A DNA stretch of 52,618 nt from Candidatus Latescibacterota bacterium (GCA_029547385.1 JAKPPK010000072.1:1-52618); one strand, 5' to 3'. Shown: positions 10,645 to 20,768, counted from the stretch's first letter. The notes: generated by a model not told the origin, from the sequence alone. Program-made: numbers and translations.

Positions 10645-10677
10645 GTTGGCGTCCTCAACATCGGGGAATGGGGGAGG

Positions 10678-11625
10678 TCACGCTCTGAGCGTACGCTGGT
10701 AGGCCGAATGCGCCTCGGCGGGTGACATCTGGCGGTCGAGCACGGCCCGAAGCGCTTTGCACATCGCGCGCGGGTTTTCCTCCTGAAAAATCGCCCGCCC
10801 GAACAGAATGACCCTGCCACCGTATTCCGTGGTGGTATGCGCGAGTTCAAGGGTCCGCTTCGCGTTGATGCGCTGGCCACCGAGTGCGCCGATAATCAGG
10901 GTGGGGTCGAACTCCACCAGCGCCTTCCAGACCGCCGGTGTGGTATACACAGTTTTTACGAATAGCGGCCTTTGGCGTTTCCGCAGATGCGCCATCGTCC
11001 TCACGATGGAGTCTGCGACGTATTCGCCCATGGCCTGCAGATCCATACCGGGTTGGCTCATGTTCGGCAAGAACACTTCGAGGAAATGATGGAAATCCGG
11101 AGTCTGCGCAACGTCCCACGCGAAATCGAGGTAGGCGCTCAGGGTTCGTTCGTCGGCATCGGTATCGTTGTTGAGGGTGATTGAGTAGAGCCCGAGTTTG
11201 ATCTTGCAATCCTTTGCGCAGGCCATCGCCTCATCACAGTATCTGCCCGCTTCCGGCGTACGAATCGTGGTAAAAGGACGCGAGGGCTGGGCACCGTACT
11301 TACCGTGGCGAGGACTCCAGATACGCGTTTCTGCGTTCATGCGTACGATTGGTGTTACGGGCGACGAATCAAACAACTTTTCTTCAAACGCCAGGTTCTC
11401 CGCGTCAGCAGGTGACATCAACAAACCGTCGATATATCCGTCCCCGAGAATAGCTCGCTGAAGATCGAGATACTCCGGACGCGTGCGATAATGAGGTGAC
11501 GGCGTTTTCTCTATCCCGATTCCGGTAAGACCGTATGCGGTCAGTGCGTCGGCGGCGAAAATAAAAATCGGAGACCGTGCGAGAAGAGAAGGATCTGCCA
11601 GTTTCTCAAAAACCCTGTCGCCCAT
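10678..11625 (-). CDS. aldolase-type (beta/alpha)8 TIM-barrel protein of uncertain function (resembles the Cgl0159/DeoC-LacD-like group)
   Basis: 315 aa. The alternating beta/alpha pattern and my recollection of the Cgl0159-type family are the only support. No catalytic assignment is possible from the sequence alone. Confidence 0.35.
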   Translation of the reverse strand: MGDRVFEKLADPSLLARSPIFIFAADALTAYGLTGIGIEKTPSPHYRTRPEYLDLQRAILGDGYIDGLLMSPADAENLAFEEKLFDSSPVTPIVRMNAETRIWSPRHGKYGAQPSRPFTTIRTPEAGRYCDEAMACAKDCKIKLGLYSITLNNDTDADERTLSAYLDFAWDVAQTPDFHHFLEVFLPNMSQPGMDLQAMGEYVADSIVRTMAHLRKRQRPLFVKTVYTTPAVWKALVEFDPTLIIGALGGQRINAKRTLELAHTTTEYGGRVILFGRAIFQEENPRAMCKALRAVLDRQMSPAEAHSAYQRTLRA

Positions 11626-11724
11626 AGCGTGCCTTCCTGATCAAAGGTTCGACCGACTCTGTTTGCACGCTTCAGAAATACGAGACCTGGCATGCGAAGT
11701 CAACCCGCCGCGGACCCGTTGTGC

Positions 11725-11741
11725 GGACGGCATGGCCGTCC
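11725..11741. promoter_or_regulatory. inverted repeat GGACGGC-ATG-GCCGTCC in a divergent intergenic region
   Basis: Perfect 7-bp arms read directly from the sequence. It lies 47 nt upstream of the GH127-like start and between the divergent glycan genes. Candidate operator or leader hairpin. Confidence 0.3.
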
Positions 11742-11787
11742 TTAACCTCATTTTTGCAGACACGAGAGAGCCACGTTTGGAGGACGG

Positions 11788-13596
11788 ATGATGCCGCAGT
11801 CGAAGCAGTTTGCACCGCGTGATGTGGTACTGGAACCAGGGCTTTTTCGCGACCGCTACGAGCTGAATCGGCGGTACGTGATGAGTTTGAAGAACGAGAA
11901 CCTTTTGCAGAACCACTATCTGGAAGCGCGGATCTGGCAGACCAGCTTCCGCAACACGCATAACGGAGAGACAAGCTGGGGAGAAGACCGGCACTGGGGA
12001 TGGGAATCCCCGACGTGTCAGGTTCGCGGGCAGTTCCTCGGGCACTGGCTATCCGCGGCCGCCAGAATCGCCGAAACTGGCGACGACTCTGAAGCACGCG
12101 CAAAGCTGAACAAGGTGGTGGCGGAACTCGCAAGATGCCAACAGGCAAATGGTGGAGAGTGGGTGGCCTCCATACCCCCGTCATATCTCGAATGGACCGC
12201 AAAAGGTCAGCCCACCTGGGCACCGCACTACGTGGTTCATAAGACCTTGATGGGTCTTTTTGACGCGTATGCCATTTCGGGGAACGAGCAGGCTCTGGAG
12301 ATCCTTTCGAAAGCCGCGGAATGGTTCGTTCGCTGGTCGAGCAAATTCGATCCTGACGCGATGAACAACATTCTTGACACAGAAACAGGCGGAATGCTCG
12401 AAGTCTGGGCGAATCTGTACGGTGTCACAGGCAAACAGGAGCATCTTGATCTGGTGTACAGATACGATCGTCCACGGCTTTTTGACCGGCTTCTGAACGG
12501 GGAAGACGCTCTCACAAATCAGCATGCCAACACGACCATCCCCGAAGCTCACGGCGCTGCACGCGCGTGGGAAGTCACCGGCGATGAGCGGTGGAGACGG
12601 GTTGTAGAGGCGTACTGGGAATGCGCAGTGACGAACAGAGGATACTTTTGCACGGGGGGGCAAACGTGCGGTGAGGTGTGGACGCCGCCTTATGCGTTTT
12701 CCGCGCGGTTGGGGGACAAAAACCAAGAACATTGCACCGTCTACAACATGATGCGGCTTGCGGATTATCTGTTTCGCTGGACTGGACATGCGCAGTACGC
12801 GGACTACATCGAGCGCAATCTGTACAACGGTATCCTCGCGCAGCAGAACCCGTCGACGGGGATGGTGTCGTACTTCCTCCCGCTGTGTGCGGGTGGGAAA
12901 AAGCGCTGGGGATCACCCACAAATGACTTCTGGTGTTGCCACGGCACACTGGTTCAGGCTCATACGTTGCACAACGCGTATGGCTTTTACAAATCTGACG
13001 ACGGGCTGATTCTCGCGAACTACATCCCGTCCAGTGTTACCTGGCGGAGGGAGGGCGGTGTTGTCGTACGGGCCCGACAGACTGTTGATCCAGAGGTGTC
13101 TGCCCAGTCGTTGCCAAAGCGCCTGGTGGTGAACCTTGTGGTGTCCTGTTCCACACAGACCGAGTTTGCTTTGCAGGTGCGCGTGCCCTGGTGGTTGTCG
13201 GGAGAAATGGAGATCTGGGTGAACGGTGTGCGTCAGGACACAAACACCGTTGCGCCTTCTTCCTTCGTGACAATCCGCAGAACGTGGCAGCAGGAGACGA
13301 TCCGAATTGTTATTCCCAGGAGCCTCCACTCTTCCCCGATTCCGGACATGCCGGATATGGTGGCATTCATGGATGGTCCCGAAGTCCTTGTGGGGCTTGT
13401 TCACGAAGAAACGCGCCTCGCCGGAAACAGAGATGAACCCGGCAGCTTTCTGACACCGGATAACGAGCGCGAATGGACGACATGGCGACGAACCTACCGA
13501 ACGACACGGCAATCACGCGGCGTGCGATTTGTGCCGCTCCATGCGATACAGGATGAAACGTATACCGTGTATTTCCCAGTGGAAGAACCCCGGTGA
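11788..13596 (+). CDS. GH127-like (DUF1680) beta-L-arabinofuranosidase family protein
   Basis: 602 aa. The E-x-C motif (QEHCTVYNM) and paired cysteines (FWCCHGT) match the Zn/Cys catalytic motifs I recall for GH127. GGAGG RBS. No signal peptide. Confidence 0.65.
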   Translation: MMPQSKQFAPRDVVLEPGLFRDRYELNRRYVMSLKNENLLQNHYLEARIWQTSFRNTHNGETSWGEDRHWGWESPTCQVRGQFLGHWLSAAARIAETGDDSEARAKLNKVVAELARCQQANGGEWVASIPPSYLEWTAKGQPTWAPHYVVHKTLMGLFDAYAISGNEQALEILSKAAEWFVRWSSKFDPDAMNNILDTETGGMLEVWANLYGVTGKQEHLDLVYRYDRPRLFDRLLNGEDALTNQHANTTIPEAHGAARAWEVTGDERWRRVVEAYWECAVTNRGYFCTGGQTCGEVWTPPYAFSARLGDKNQEHCTVYNMMRLADYLFRWTGHAQYADYIERNLYNGILAQQNPSTGMVSYFLPLCAGGKKRWGSPTNDFWCCHGTLVQAHTLHNAYGFYKSDDGLILANYIPSSVTWRREGGVVVRARQTVDPEVSAQSLPKRLVVNLVVSCSTQTEFALQVRVPWWLSGEMEIWVNGVRQDTNTVAPSSFVTIRRTWQQETIRIVIPRSLHSSPIPDMPDMVAFMDGPEVLVGLVHEETRLAGNRDEPGSFLTPDNEREWTTWRRTYRTTRQSRGVRFVPLHAIQDETYTVYFPVEEPR

Positions 13597-13763
13597 TGTG
13601 GTTATGTTCGGATGACATCCGTGACGACAGCCGCGGCGAATACCATGTGGAGGCGCATCACATTCGGGGCGGAAAGAGATGGAACTCATTTGCATGGTTT
13701 TGCCGTTAAATTAACAGTTTCATTCTCAAGTCCGTCCATGTTTTCACCACAAAGGAGGGCGCC

Positions 13764-14366
13764 ATGGCATTCGAACTTCCTTCGCTTCCGTACCCAGACA
13801 CCGCACTGGAACCCAATTATTCGGCAAAAACGTTCAGTTTCCACCACGGCAAACATCACAAAGCGTATGTTGACAATCTGAACAAGCTGATAGCCGGGTC
13901 GGAACTGGAAGGAAAAACGCTGGAACAGATCATACTGGCCACCGCGAATGACCCTTCGAAAACCGGAATTTTCAACAACGCCGCCCAGGTCTGGAACCAC
14001 ACGTTTTTCTGGAATTGCATGAAACCGGCGGGCGGAGGAAAGCCTTCGGGAGCCCTTGCTTCGGCCATTGACACGGCGTTCGGCGGGTACGACAGATTTG
14101 TGGAGCAATTCAAGGCAGCCGCAGTGGGGAGATTCGGAAGCGGCTGGGCGTGGCTGGTTCTCGATAATGGCGCGCTGAAAATCGTAAGTACGCCTAACGG
14201 TGAGACACCCATGACAAAGGGACAGAAGGCCTTGCTTACGGTGGATGTCTGGGAGCACGCGTATTACCTGGATTACCAGAACCGCCGGCCCGATTTTGTG
14301 CAGACCTTCCTTGACCACCTCGTAAACTGGGATTTCGTCGCTCAGAACTCCGAAAAGGCGAAATGA
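13764..14366 (+). CDS. sodB: superoxide dismutase, Fe type
   Basis: N-terminus AFELPSLPYP...HHGKHH, AAQVWNHTFFW (Fe-type pattern) and DVWEHAYYLDYQNRRPDF. AAAGGAGGG RBS. Confidence 0.93.
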   Translation: MAFELPSLPYPDTALEPNYSAKTFSFHHGKHHKAYVDNLNKLIAGSELEGKTLEQIILATANDPSKTGIFNNAAQVWNHTFFWNCMKPAGGGKPSGALASAIDTAFGGYDRFVEQFKAAAVGRFGSGWAWLVLDNGALKIVSTPNGETPMTKGQKALLTVDVWEHAYYLDYQNRRPDFVQTFLDHLVNWDFVAQNSEKAK

Positions 14367-14386
14367 AACCCCTGTGGTCGGAAATG

Positions 14387-14426
14387 AGCGCCGTGCGAGA
14401 ACCTTCTGCACGGCGCTTTCGTTTTC
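14387..14426 (+). terminator. rho-independent terminator after sodB
   Basis: Perfect 10-bp stem AGCGCCGTGC/GCACGGCGCT with an 11-nt loop, followed by TTCGTTTTCC. Confidence 0.75.
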
Positions 14427-14459
14427 CCTAAGCCCCAAGATAACCGAGAGGAGGCGAGC

Positions 14460-16589
14460 GTGCCCCCAAAAACTGTTCTTATGATCGGCCTGCACAGTCA
14501 CCAACCCGTCGGCAACTTCGACGAGGTGATCGAACTCGCGTATGAACAAGCATACGTGACGTTGCTGGACTACCTCGACCGCCACCCGACGGTAAGGGTG
14601 AACCTGCATTACAGCGGGTGCTTGCTGGAGTGGCTGGAAAGGCATCACCCGGATTTCCTATTGAGAATCCGCCGGGTGGTCGACCGCGGGCAGGCTGAGA
14701 TTCTTTCCGGAGGTTTCTTTGAGCCTATCCTACCGGTAATTCCACCGGCGGATGCCCAGGCGCAGCTCGAAATGTTGAACGATTTCGTACGTGATCGCTT
14801 CGGGTACGACCCGAAGGGGTTCTGGCTTGCGGAGAGAGTCTGGGAACCCGTGATTCCGTCTCTTGCAGTCAGCGCGGGGCTATCCTATACGGTGCTGGAC
14901 CAGAGCCATTTTGTGTCAAGCGGAGTGGGGAAAGAGGATGCCAACGGGTATTACGTTACCGAGGATCAGGGAAATTCGGTAGCAGTATTTCCCATAGATT
15001 ACACGATGCGGTACACCATCCCCTGGAAACCGGTCGCCGCAACCCTTGATTACCTCCGCTCGAAGCACGAATCTGAACCCGGAAGAGGCTGGACTTTCGC
15101 GGATGACGGCGAGAAATTCGGCTCATGGCCAGAAACCTGGGAAAACATCATTCAGAAGGGGTGGTTCGAAGAGTTTTTCGCGGGCATAGAAGCCTCGCGC
15201 GACTGGCTGGAGACCAAGACGTTCAGCCAATTCATGGCTTCCCATCCCCCTTCGGGGAGGGTTTACCTTCCGACCGGAAGTTACCCGGAGATGCTGCGGT
15301 GGTCGCTTCCTACCCGGGTATCCGAACCCTTGAACCATTTTCTCGAACAGATTGAAGATGAAGAGGGCAGAGACTTCGTGAGGATGGGTTTCTGGCGGAA
15401 TTTCATGGCGAAATACCCAGAAGCCAACAACCTCCACAAACGCATGTTGCGGGCCAGCAAGCGTGTCTCGAGTTCCGTGCGAACGGAAGACGTTGTCAAC
15501 GCCGCCCGCACTCACGTACTTCGCTCGCAATGCAACTGCCCGTACTGGCACGGCGTATTCGGAGGGCTCTACCTGAATTTTCTGCGACACGCCACTTACG
15601 CGGAGATGTTGGCCGGTGAAGCTCTCGCCGCACCGGTGGAAGGTATCCTGTCGGAAGCGTACGACTTCGACGCTGACGGACAGGAGGAACTCATCGTGGA
15701 GAACGCCCGGCAAGTTCTGATTTTCTCGCCGCATGCGGGTGGCGCCCTGCGGGAATGGGACTGGCGTGATTTTCCCACGAATTTGCTCGACACGCTGGCA
15801 CGCAGGGAAGAGGTATACCACAAGGAGATCGCCCAGGCTCTGGTGAAGGGAAGCGCCGGATCGGCTGACCTTTCGGGTGTCACGCTGGCGAAAACGGAAG
15901 GTATCGCTGAGATTCTCAACTACGATCGGTACAATCGGTGGTGCCTGATCGACATTTTTCCTGCTCCAGGAACCACTGCCGAAGAGTTCGCACGTGTCCG
16001 GTACGTAGACGAGGGAGACTTCTCCACCGGATCATACCGATGGACTCGGCAATCGTCCAGTGAACGCGTAGAGATCGAGCTGGTGCGGGATGGCGAAGTG
16101 AGACGGGGGAGCACCATCTGGCCTGTCAGGTTGACAAAGCGGGTCGAGGTGATCTCGGGACAGCCGGGAATGAATATCGAGTACGTCATCGAGAACCATG
16201 GTGATCGCATATTCGAGGGTTGCTTTGGCTCTGAATGGAATTTCGGTCTTCTCGCAGGGTGGGCGGATGACAGGTATTACCTGGTGAACGGCGAACGCGG
16301 CCCCGGGGATATGCGGCTCGCGACTTCGGGACAGCATTCGCAGGTAAGGGAGATCGGAGTTGTCGACCACTGGCAACGCGCCGACATCCGCTTGAAAACT
16401 TCTGTTCCGGCCGACGTGTGGCGTTATCCCGTTGAGACAGCGTCTCTCTCGGAAGGTGGGTACGAAAAAACGTACCAGGCGTCGGCGGTGTTTCCCCACT
16501 GGAAGGTTCTTCTCGAACCGGGCACATCGTGGATGGTGAAGGTTGCCGTGTCGGTCCTGGAGCCAGTCTGGCACCCACCGGTGCAGTGA
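14460..16589 (+). CDS. GH57 family alpha-glucan enzyme (alpha-amylase / 4-alpha-glucanotransferase type)
   Basis: GH57 conserved regions HSHQPVGNF, GQAEIL, WLAERVWEP (nucleophile Glu) and ADDGEKFG (acid/base Asp). 709 aa with a large C-terminal domain. GTG start after a GGAGG RBS. Confidence 0.8.
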   Translation: MPPKTVLMIGLHSHQPVGNFDEVIELAYEQAYVTLLDYLDRHPTVRVNLHYSGCLLEWLERHHPDFLLRIRRVVDRGQAEILSGGFFEPILPVIPPADAQAQLEMLNDFVRDRFGYDPKGFWLAERVWEPVIPSLAVSAGLSYTVLDQSHFVSSGVGKEDANGYYVTEDQGNSVAVFPIDYTMRYTIPWKPVAATLDYLRSKHESEPGRGWTFADDGEKFGSWPETWENIIQKGWFEEFFAGIEASRDWLETKTFSQFMASHPPSGRVYLPTGSYPEMLRWSLPTRVSEPLNHFLEQIEDEEGRDFVRMGFWRNFMAKYPEANNLHKRMLRASKRVSSSVRTEDVVNAARTHVLRSQCNCPYWHGVFGGLYLNFLRHATYAEMLAGEALAAPVEGILSEAYDFDADGQEELIVENARQVLIFSPHAGGALREWDWRDFPTNLLDTLARREEVYHKEIAQALVKGSAGSADLSGVTLAKTEGIAEILNYDRYNRWCLIDIFPAPGTTAEEFARVRYVDEGDFSTGSYRWTRQSSSERVEIELVRDGEVRRGSTIWPVRLTKRVEVISGQPGMNIEYVIENHGDRIFEGCFGSEWNFGLLAGWADDRYYLVNGERGPGDMRLATSGQHSQVREIGVVDHWQRADIRLKTSVPADVWRYPVETASLSEGGYEKTYQASAVFPHWKVLLEPGTSWMVKVAVSVLEPVWHPPVQ

Positions 16590-16596
16590 AGCGCGT

Positions 16597-19053
16597 CTAG
16601 ATCAGAGATACGGGATCCACATTTATGGAAAGTTGCACGAAACGTGAATGCATACGCTTGAATGATTCTTGGACTCCTTTCGCGATAGCGCGGAGACTCT
16701 GACTTGATGTCCCTTTCAGGAGTATGTGCCAGCGCCATTGCTTGTTGATTCTTGGAATGGGCGCCTCTGACGGTCCAAGGACTTCGACCTTTCCTTGTGC
16801 GAGGTCGCTCGCTCTCACCGCGAGTGTGCGAGCGGCTTGACGGACGACATCGTTTTCTGAACCGCGGAGCTGTATCAGCACAAGCTTCCCAAAGGGCGGG
16901 TACCCCAGCTCTTCCCGCTTTCGCAACTCGTCTTCCGCAAAACCATCAACATCATGCCGACTCGCCGCCAGAATCGCCGGATCCTCCGGCATCGCCGTCT
17001 GGACTATCACCTGTCCGGGTTCGTTTCCGCGACCCGTCCTGCCTGCAACCTGAGTCAGGAGTTGAAACGTTCTTTCGGCGGCCCGAAAATCAGGCAGTCC
17101 CAGTCCAATGTCTGCAGAGATCACCCCCACAAGGGTAACGTTCGGGAAGTCGAGCCCCTTCGCGACCATTTGGGTTCCGAGGAGGATTGAAGCCTCGTTT
17201 TTTCGGAATCTCTCCAGTAATCTGTGGTGCGCGTTTCTCCCGTGGGTTGTGTCCTGATCCATGCGAAGCAGAATCGCATTCGGGAAGGCTTTGGAGATTT
17301 CGTCCTCCACTTTCTGCGTACCTGTTCCCGAGAATCGTAACGAAGTTTCGTTGCATTCCGGACACATCTTCGGGACGGACCGAACATCGCCGCAATAGTG
17401 ACATTTCATGGCGTCTTCCGGACGGTGATATGTCATCGACACCTGGCAGTTCTGGCATTCTACGATTCTACCGCACCTGGAACATTGCAGCACCGTTGAG
17501 AAGCCGCGCCTGTTCTGGAGAATGACTGCCTGGTTCCCGGTCTCGATGGTTCTGGCAACGGCGGAACGGAGCGACCGGGAGAGGCCGCCCCAGTTACCGT
17601 CTGTGCGCTCTTTCCGCATGTCCACAATCTGAACTTCCGGCAGCGGTTTGTCATCAACCCTCCCCGGAAGGCGAACGTAGGTGTACTTCCCTCGACGCAC
17701 GTTCTGGAGCGATTCCAGGGAGGGCGTCGCGGAACCAAGCAACACGACGCTGTCGCTCATTCGTGCCCGCATGACGGCGACGTCCCTCGCGTGGTACCTC
17801 GGATCAGAATCCTCCTGTTTGTAACTCCCGTCGTGCTCCTCGTCCACAACTATCAACCCGACATCACGTACGGGCGCGAATACTGCCGACCTGGGGCCTA
17901 CTGCCACCTTCTTTCTTCCTTCGTGGAGCGCCCGCCACGCATCAAGCCGTTCGCCGGCAGTCAACTGACTGTGCAAGACCGCGACGTTTTCCCGGAAGCG
18001 TGACCGAAATCGTCGCACCGTCTGCGGCGTCAGACTGATTTCCGGCACCAGAACAATGGCACCGCGGCCTGCGTCAAGCGTGTGTTCAATTGCGTCGAGA
18101 TACACCCGCGTCTTGCCACTGCCGGTAACGCCGTGCAGCAGAACCGCGGAGAATTTCCGGGAGGCCACGTTCGGCAGAATGACTCCGAGCGCGTCCCTCT
18201 GGTCGTTGGTCAGAAGTTGTCCAGTTTCGTCTTCGCATTCGCCATAGTCAGGTTCCCGGTCAACCTCGTGCTCCTCTACGTTAAGGACTCCCCGCGCAAC
18301 AAGACGGTTCACCGTGGCGGTAGAAACTCCGAACCGAGATCGGACACTCGCGACGGAAAGCGGCTCAGAAATCGTCCGCAAACCGTCGATAACCCGGAGT
18401 TGTTCAGCCCCAAAACGCATACGGCGAGTTGCATCCGGATCCAGATACGCGGGAGCCAGTTGGACCAGCTTTTCCGTCCGGACCCGGGAAAGAACGATTG
18501 GCTCCGCTTCGTCTCTGACTTTGACATGTCCGTCATTCTGCAAAGCCTGAAGATTCGAGCGAAAGCCGGTCCCCGAAAACACGCGGGCGAGAGTTTTCAG
18601 TGACACCTGACCTTTTTCAGCGACACACCGCAGGATTTCCGCCCTTTTTGGGAAGCGCGCCTGGAGATTATCCGCGACCACGTGAGGGTTCTCGCACGAA
18701 AGGTGAACCATCCATACACTGTTTGTTCCGAGACCGTGAGGAATCGCCGCTCGTATGGCCTCCCCCCAGCTCGACAGATAGTAATCGGCTATCCAGCGAG
18801 TGAGAGAAAGCATGGTGGGGTCGAGGGACGGAGAAGGGTCGGGGAAATCAGCTACGGGTCTCAGGACACGCTGGGCGGGCTCAGCACCGTTCTCGTGGAC
18901 GGCAACAATCATCCCGGTAAGGAGGTTTCGCCGGAACGGGACAACGGCACGCATGCCCACGAGTGCGCCGTCTGACAGCTCCTCAGGAACGGAATAGGTG
19001 AATACGGCGTCGACCGCCAACGGCAGCGCAACGTCAACCGAGAGAGGCATCAC
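16597..19053 (-). CDS. priA: primosomal protein N' (replication restart helicase PriA)
   Basis: Walker A GVTGSGKT, DEEH box VVDEEHD, and a Cys-rich zinc module CSRCGRIVECQNCQVSMTYH...CHYCG...CPECN. 818 aa. Confidence 0.92.
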   Translation of the reverse strand: MMPLSVDVALPLAVDAVFTYSVPEELSDGALVGMRAVVPFRRNLLTGMIVAVHENGAEPAQRVLRPVADFPDPSPSLDPTMLSLTRWIADYYLSSWGEAIRAAIPHGLGTNSVWMVHLSCENPHVVADNLQARFPKRAEILRCVAEKGQVSLKTLARVFSGTGFRSNLQALQNDGHVKVRDEAEPIVLSRVRTEKLVQLAPAYLDPDATRRMRFGAEQLRVIDGLRTISEPLSVASVRSRFGVSTATVNRLVARGVLNVEEHEVDREPDYGECEDETGQLLTNDQRDALGVILPNVASRKFSAVLLHGVTGSGKTRVYLDAIEHTLDAGRGAIVLVPEISLTPQTVRRFRSRFRENVAVLHSQLTAGERLDAWRALHEGRKKVAVGPRSAVFAPVRDVGLIVVDEEHDGSYKQEDSDPRYHARDVAVMRARMSDSVVLLGSATPSLESLQNVRRGKYTYVRLPGRVDDKPLPEVQIVDMRKERTDGNWGGLSRSLRSAVARTIETGNQAVILQNRRGFSTVLQCSRCGRIVECQNCQVSMTYHRPEDAMKCHYCGDVRSVPKMCPECNETSLRFSGTGTQKVEDEISKAFPNAILLRMDQDTTHGRNAHHRLLERFRKNEASILLGTQMVAKGLDFPNVTLVGVISADIGLGLPDFRAAERTFQLLTQVAGRTGRGNEPGQVIVQTAMPEDPAILAASRHDVDGFAEDELRKREELGYPPFGKLVLIQLRGSENDVVRQAARTLAVRASDLAQGKVEVLGPSEAPIPRINKQWRWHILLKGTSSQSLRAIAKGVQESFKRMHSRFVQLSINVDPVSLI

Positions 19054-19060
19054 CTGTTTC

Positions 19061-19921
19061 TCACGGAGGCACGATTCCCGATGGAGTACACAAAAAGAAG
19101 GTCATGTTGCGAGCCTCCTGCCGCGGGGTAGGAACGGCCTGCCGATTCAGCAGAAGCCTCGCCGCCCAGTAGCGTCCAAGGGTAACCCGCAACGTGTCTT
19201 CCACATCACTCTGTTTACTTTGGCCGGGCACGAGAATCCCGTCGAAAAGCACCATGCCGTCTTTTCGTGCGATGAGCACCCAAACGCTGTCGGTGGCCTC
19301 TATGGTCATCGTTCTCACCACGCCGGGAACCCTCGCTTTCGCCAACTCCGGTGGCGTTGCAAGTCGAACTGCGGGTTCATCTGAGAGCGTGTCGTTTTCT
19401 GCCGGCGCGGTGATCTCGGCGTTTTCCTTCTGGGCTGGAGCAACCGCGCTCTCTACTTCGGGAGGGGATTCCGCGAATGAATTTTCCGGACTATGCCAGG
19501 GGTGCCAGAGCCAGAGTGCGACAAGCAGGGCTGCACCCAATCCAAACCAGGCCGCTGTCTTCCATGGTATTGCGGGAAGCGCAGGTCGTTTCTCAATGAA
19601 GAGGGCTTCCTGCGCTTCATCGTCTTCCAGGGCCGTCAGGCCGGAAACGGAGAGCCCGGACGGCGGAAAGACTGAGTCTATTTCTCGCTCTTCAACACCG
19701 ACAATCCGGGCGTAGGTCCGCAGGTGCCCCCGAACGAACGCCGGCTCGACGACGGAGAAATCCCCCGATTCATAGTGCTGGAGAATCGTAACACTGATGC
19801 GCGAACGATCCGCCACATCCTGCAGACTCAGCCCACGTTCTTCGCGCGATCTACGAAAGCGGTCTGCAAGACTGATTCGCGCTTCGGAGGTGTCTGAGGT
19901 TTCAACGGTGTCGTCAGACAT
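19061..19921 (-). CDS. rodZ: RodZ-like cytoskeleton-associated protein (HTH, single TM, C-terminal DUF4115-like domain)
   Basis: N-terminal XRE-type HTH (RSREERGLSLQDVADRSRISVTILQHYESGDF) and a central TM (AAWFGLGAALLVALWLW). The start is set to ATG 19921, 2 nt after the maf stop. The longer ORF-track start would overlap maf. Confidence 0.7.
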   Translation of the reverse strand: MSDDTVETSDTSEARISLADRFRRSREERGLSLQDVADRSRISVTILQHYESGDFSVVEPAFVRGHLRTYARIVGVEEREIDSVFPPSGLSVSGLTALEDDEAQEALFIEKRPALPAIPWKTAAWFGLGAALLVALWLWHPWHSPENSFAESPPEVESAVAPAQKENAEITAPAENDTLSDEPAVRLATPPELAKARVPGVVRTMTIEATDSVWVLIARKDGMVLFDGILVPGQSKQSDVEDTLRVTLGRYWAARLLLNRQAVPTPRQEARNMTFFLCTPSGIVPP

Positions 19922-19923
19922 CC

Positions 19924-20550
19924 CTATTCCTTCCGTCGAGCGACAATGAGCTGCAGCATGGCCACTACACGGCTTACGGGTAAACCCACGACGTTGGAAT
20001 AGCAACCGCATATCTTCGTCACAAACCCCGCCGCCATGCCTTGAATGCCGTATGCGCCAGCCTTATCCAGAGGCTCGGACGATTTCGCATACACGGCGAT
20101 CTCGTAATCGTTCGCTTCGCGCATCCACACTTCGGTGAGGACAGAATCAGAGATCTCCAAATGCGAAATGGTGTCTACTATGGTGATGCCCGTGATGACC
20201 TCATGTTTTCGGCCCGACAACCGCCGCAGCATCTCATACGCTTCCGTCGCATCTGCCGGTTTGCCGAGCGGTTGCGAGTCCAGGAAAACGGCAGTATCCG
20301 CGGCAAGGATTACTGCTCCGGGATGCCGCGTGGCGGCAACACTCGCTTTCCTTCTGGCCAGCGATCTGACAGCTTCACCGGGCAACAGGTCCTTCGGCCA
20401 GGTTTCATCAACCTCCACAGGCGCCTGCAGAAAGCGGATTCCGACCTGATTGAGCAACTCGGCGCGGCGCGGAGACGCAGAGGCCAGAATCAGAGGGTGA
20501 GGCTGTTCCGACACAAACCATGGCGGTGGGGAAAGGTTAGGACCAGTCAT
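19924..20550 (-). CDS. maf: Maf-like nucleoside triphosphate pyrophosphatase
   Basis: ILASASPRRAELL N-terminal motif, plus KAGAYGIQG. The start is trimmed to the internal ATG at 20550. The upstream 43 codons look non-coding (Arg/Pro/His-rich). Confidence 0.88.
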   Translation of the reverse strand: MTGPNLSPPPWFVSEQPHPLILASASPRRAELLNQVGIRFLQAPVEVDETWPKDLLPGEAVRSLARRKASVAATRHPGAVILAADTAVFLDSQPLGKPADATEAYEMLRRLSGRKHEVITGITIVDTISHLEISDSVLTEVWMREANDYEIAVYAKSSEPLDKAGAYGIQGMAAGFVTKICGCYSNVVGLPVSRVVAMLQLIVARRKE

Positions 20551-20768
20551 TCGTAATTTCCGATACCGCGATGCTTGCACGTGCGGGCCCGGCGCACACA
20601 CGAATCCGTGCGCGGCGGTTTCCGAAGGTGTCTGCCGCCGTTCACCATGAACTGGAACGGCGCGTACATTTGTCTGCAAACGGACCGGTCGGACCCGGTG
20701 TGGTTGATTGCCTTGTCCCGATCCAGTCGTTCAAAAAGATACGAAACAGGCGTGTCACTGGCACGAAA

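Noticed and set aside
13686-14648. 320-aa minus-strand ORF covering sodB and its terminator
   Set aside because: It is antisense to a textbook Fe-SOD, and it reads through a strong intrinsic terminator and into the GH57 start.
19924-20679. Longer N-terminal extensions given by the ORF track for maf, hom (to 45977), the FGE protein (from 20571) and V-ATPase subunits C, K, E and B
   Set aside because: The extensions are Arg/Pro/His-rich, lack homology-like features, overlap upstream genes or intergenic signals, and have internal ATGs preceded by purine-rich RBS-like sequences. I trimmed the gene models accordingly.
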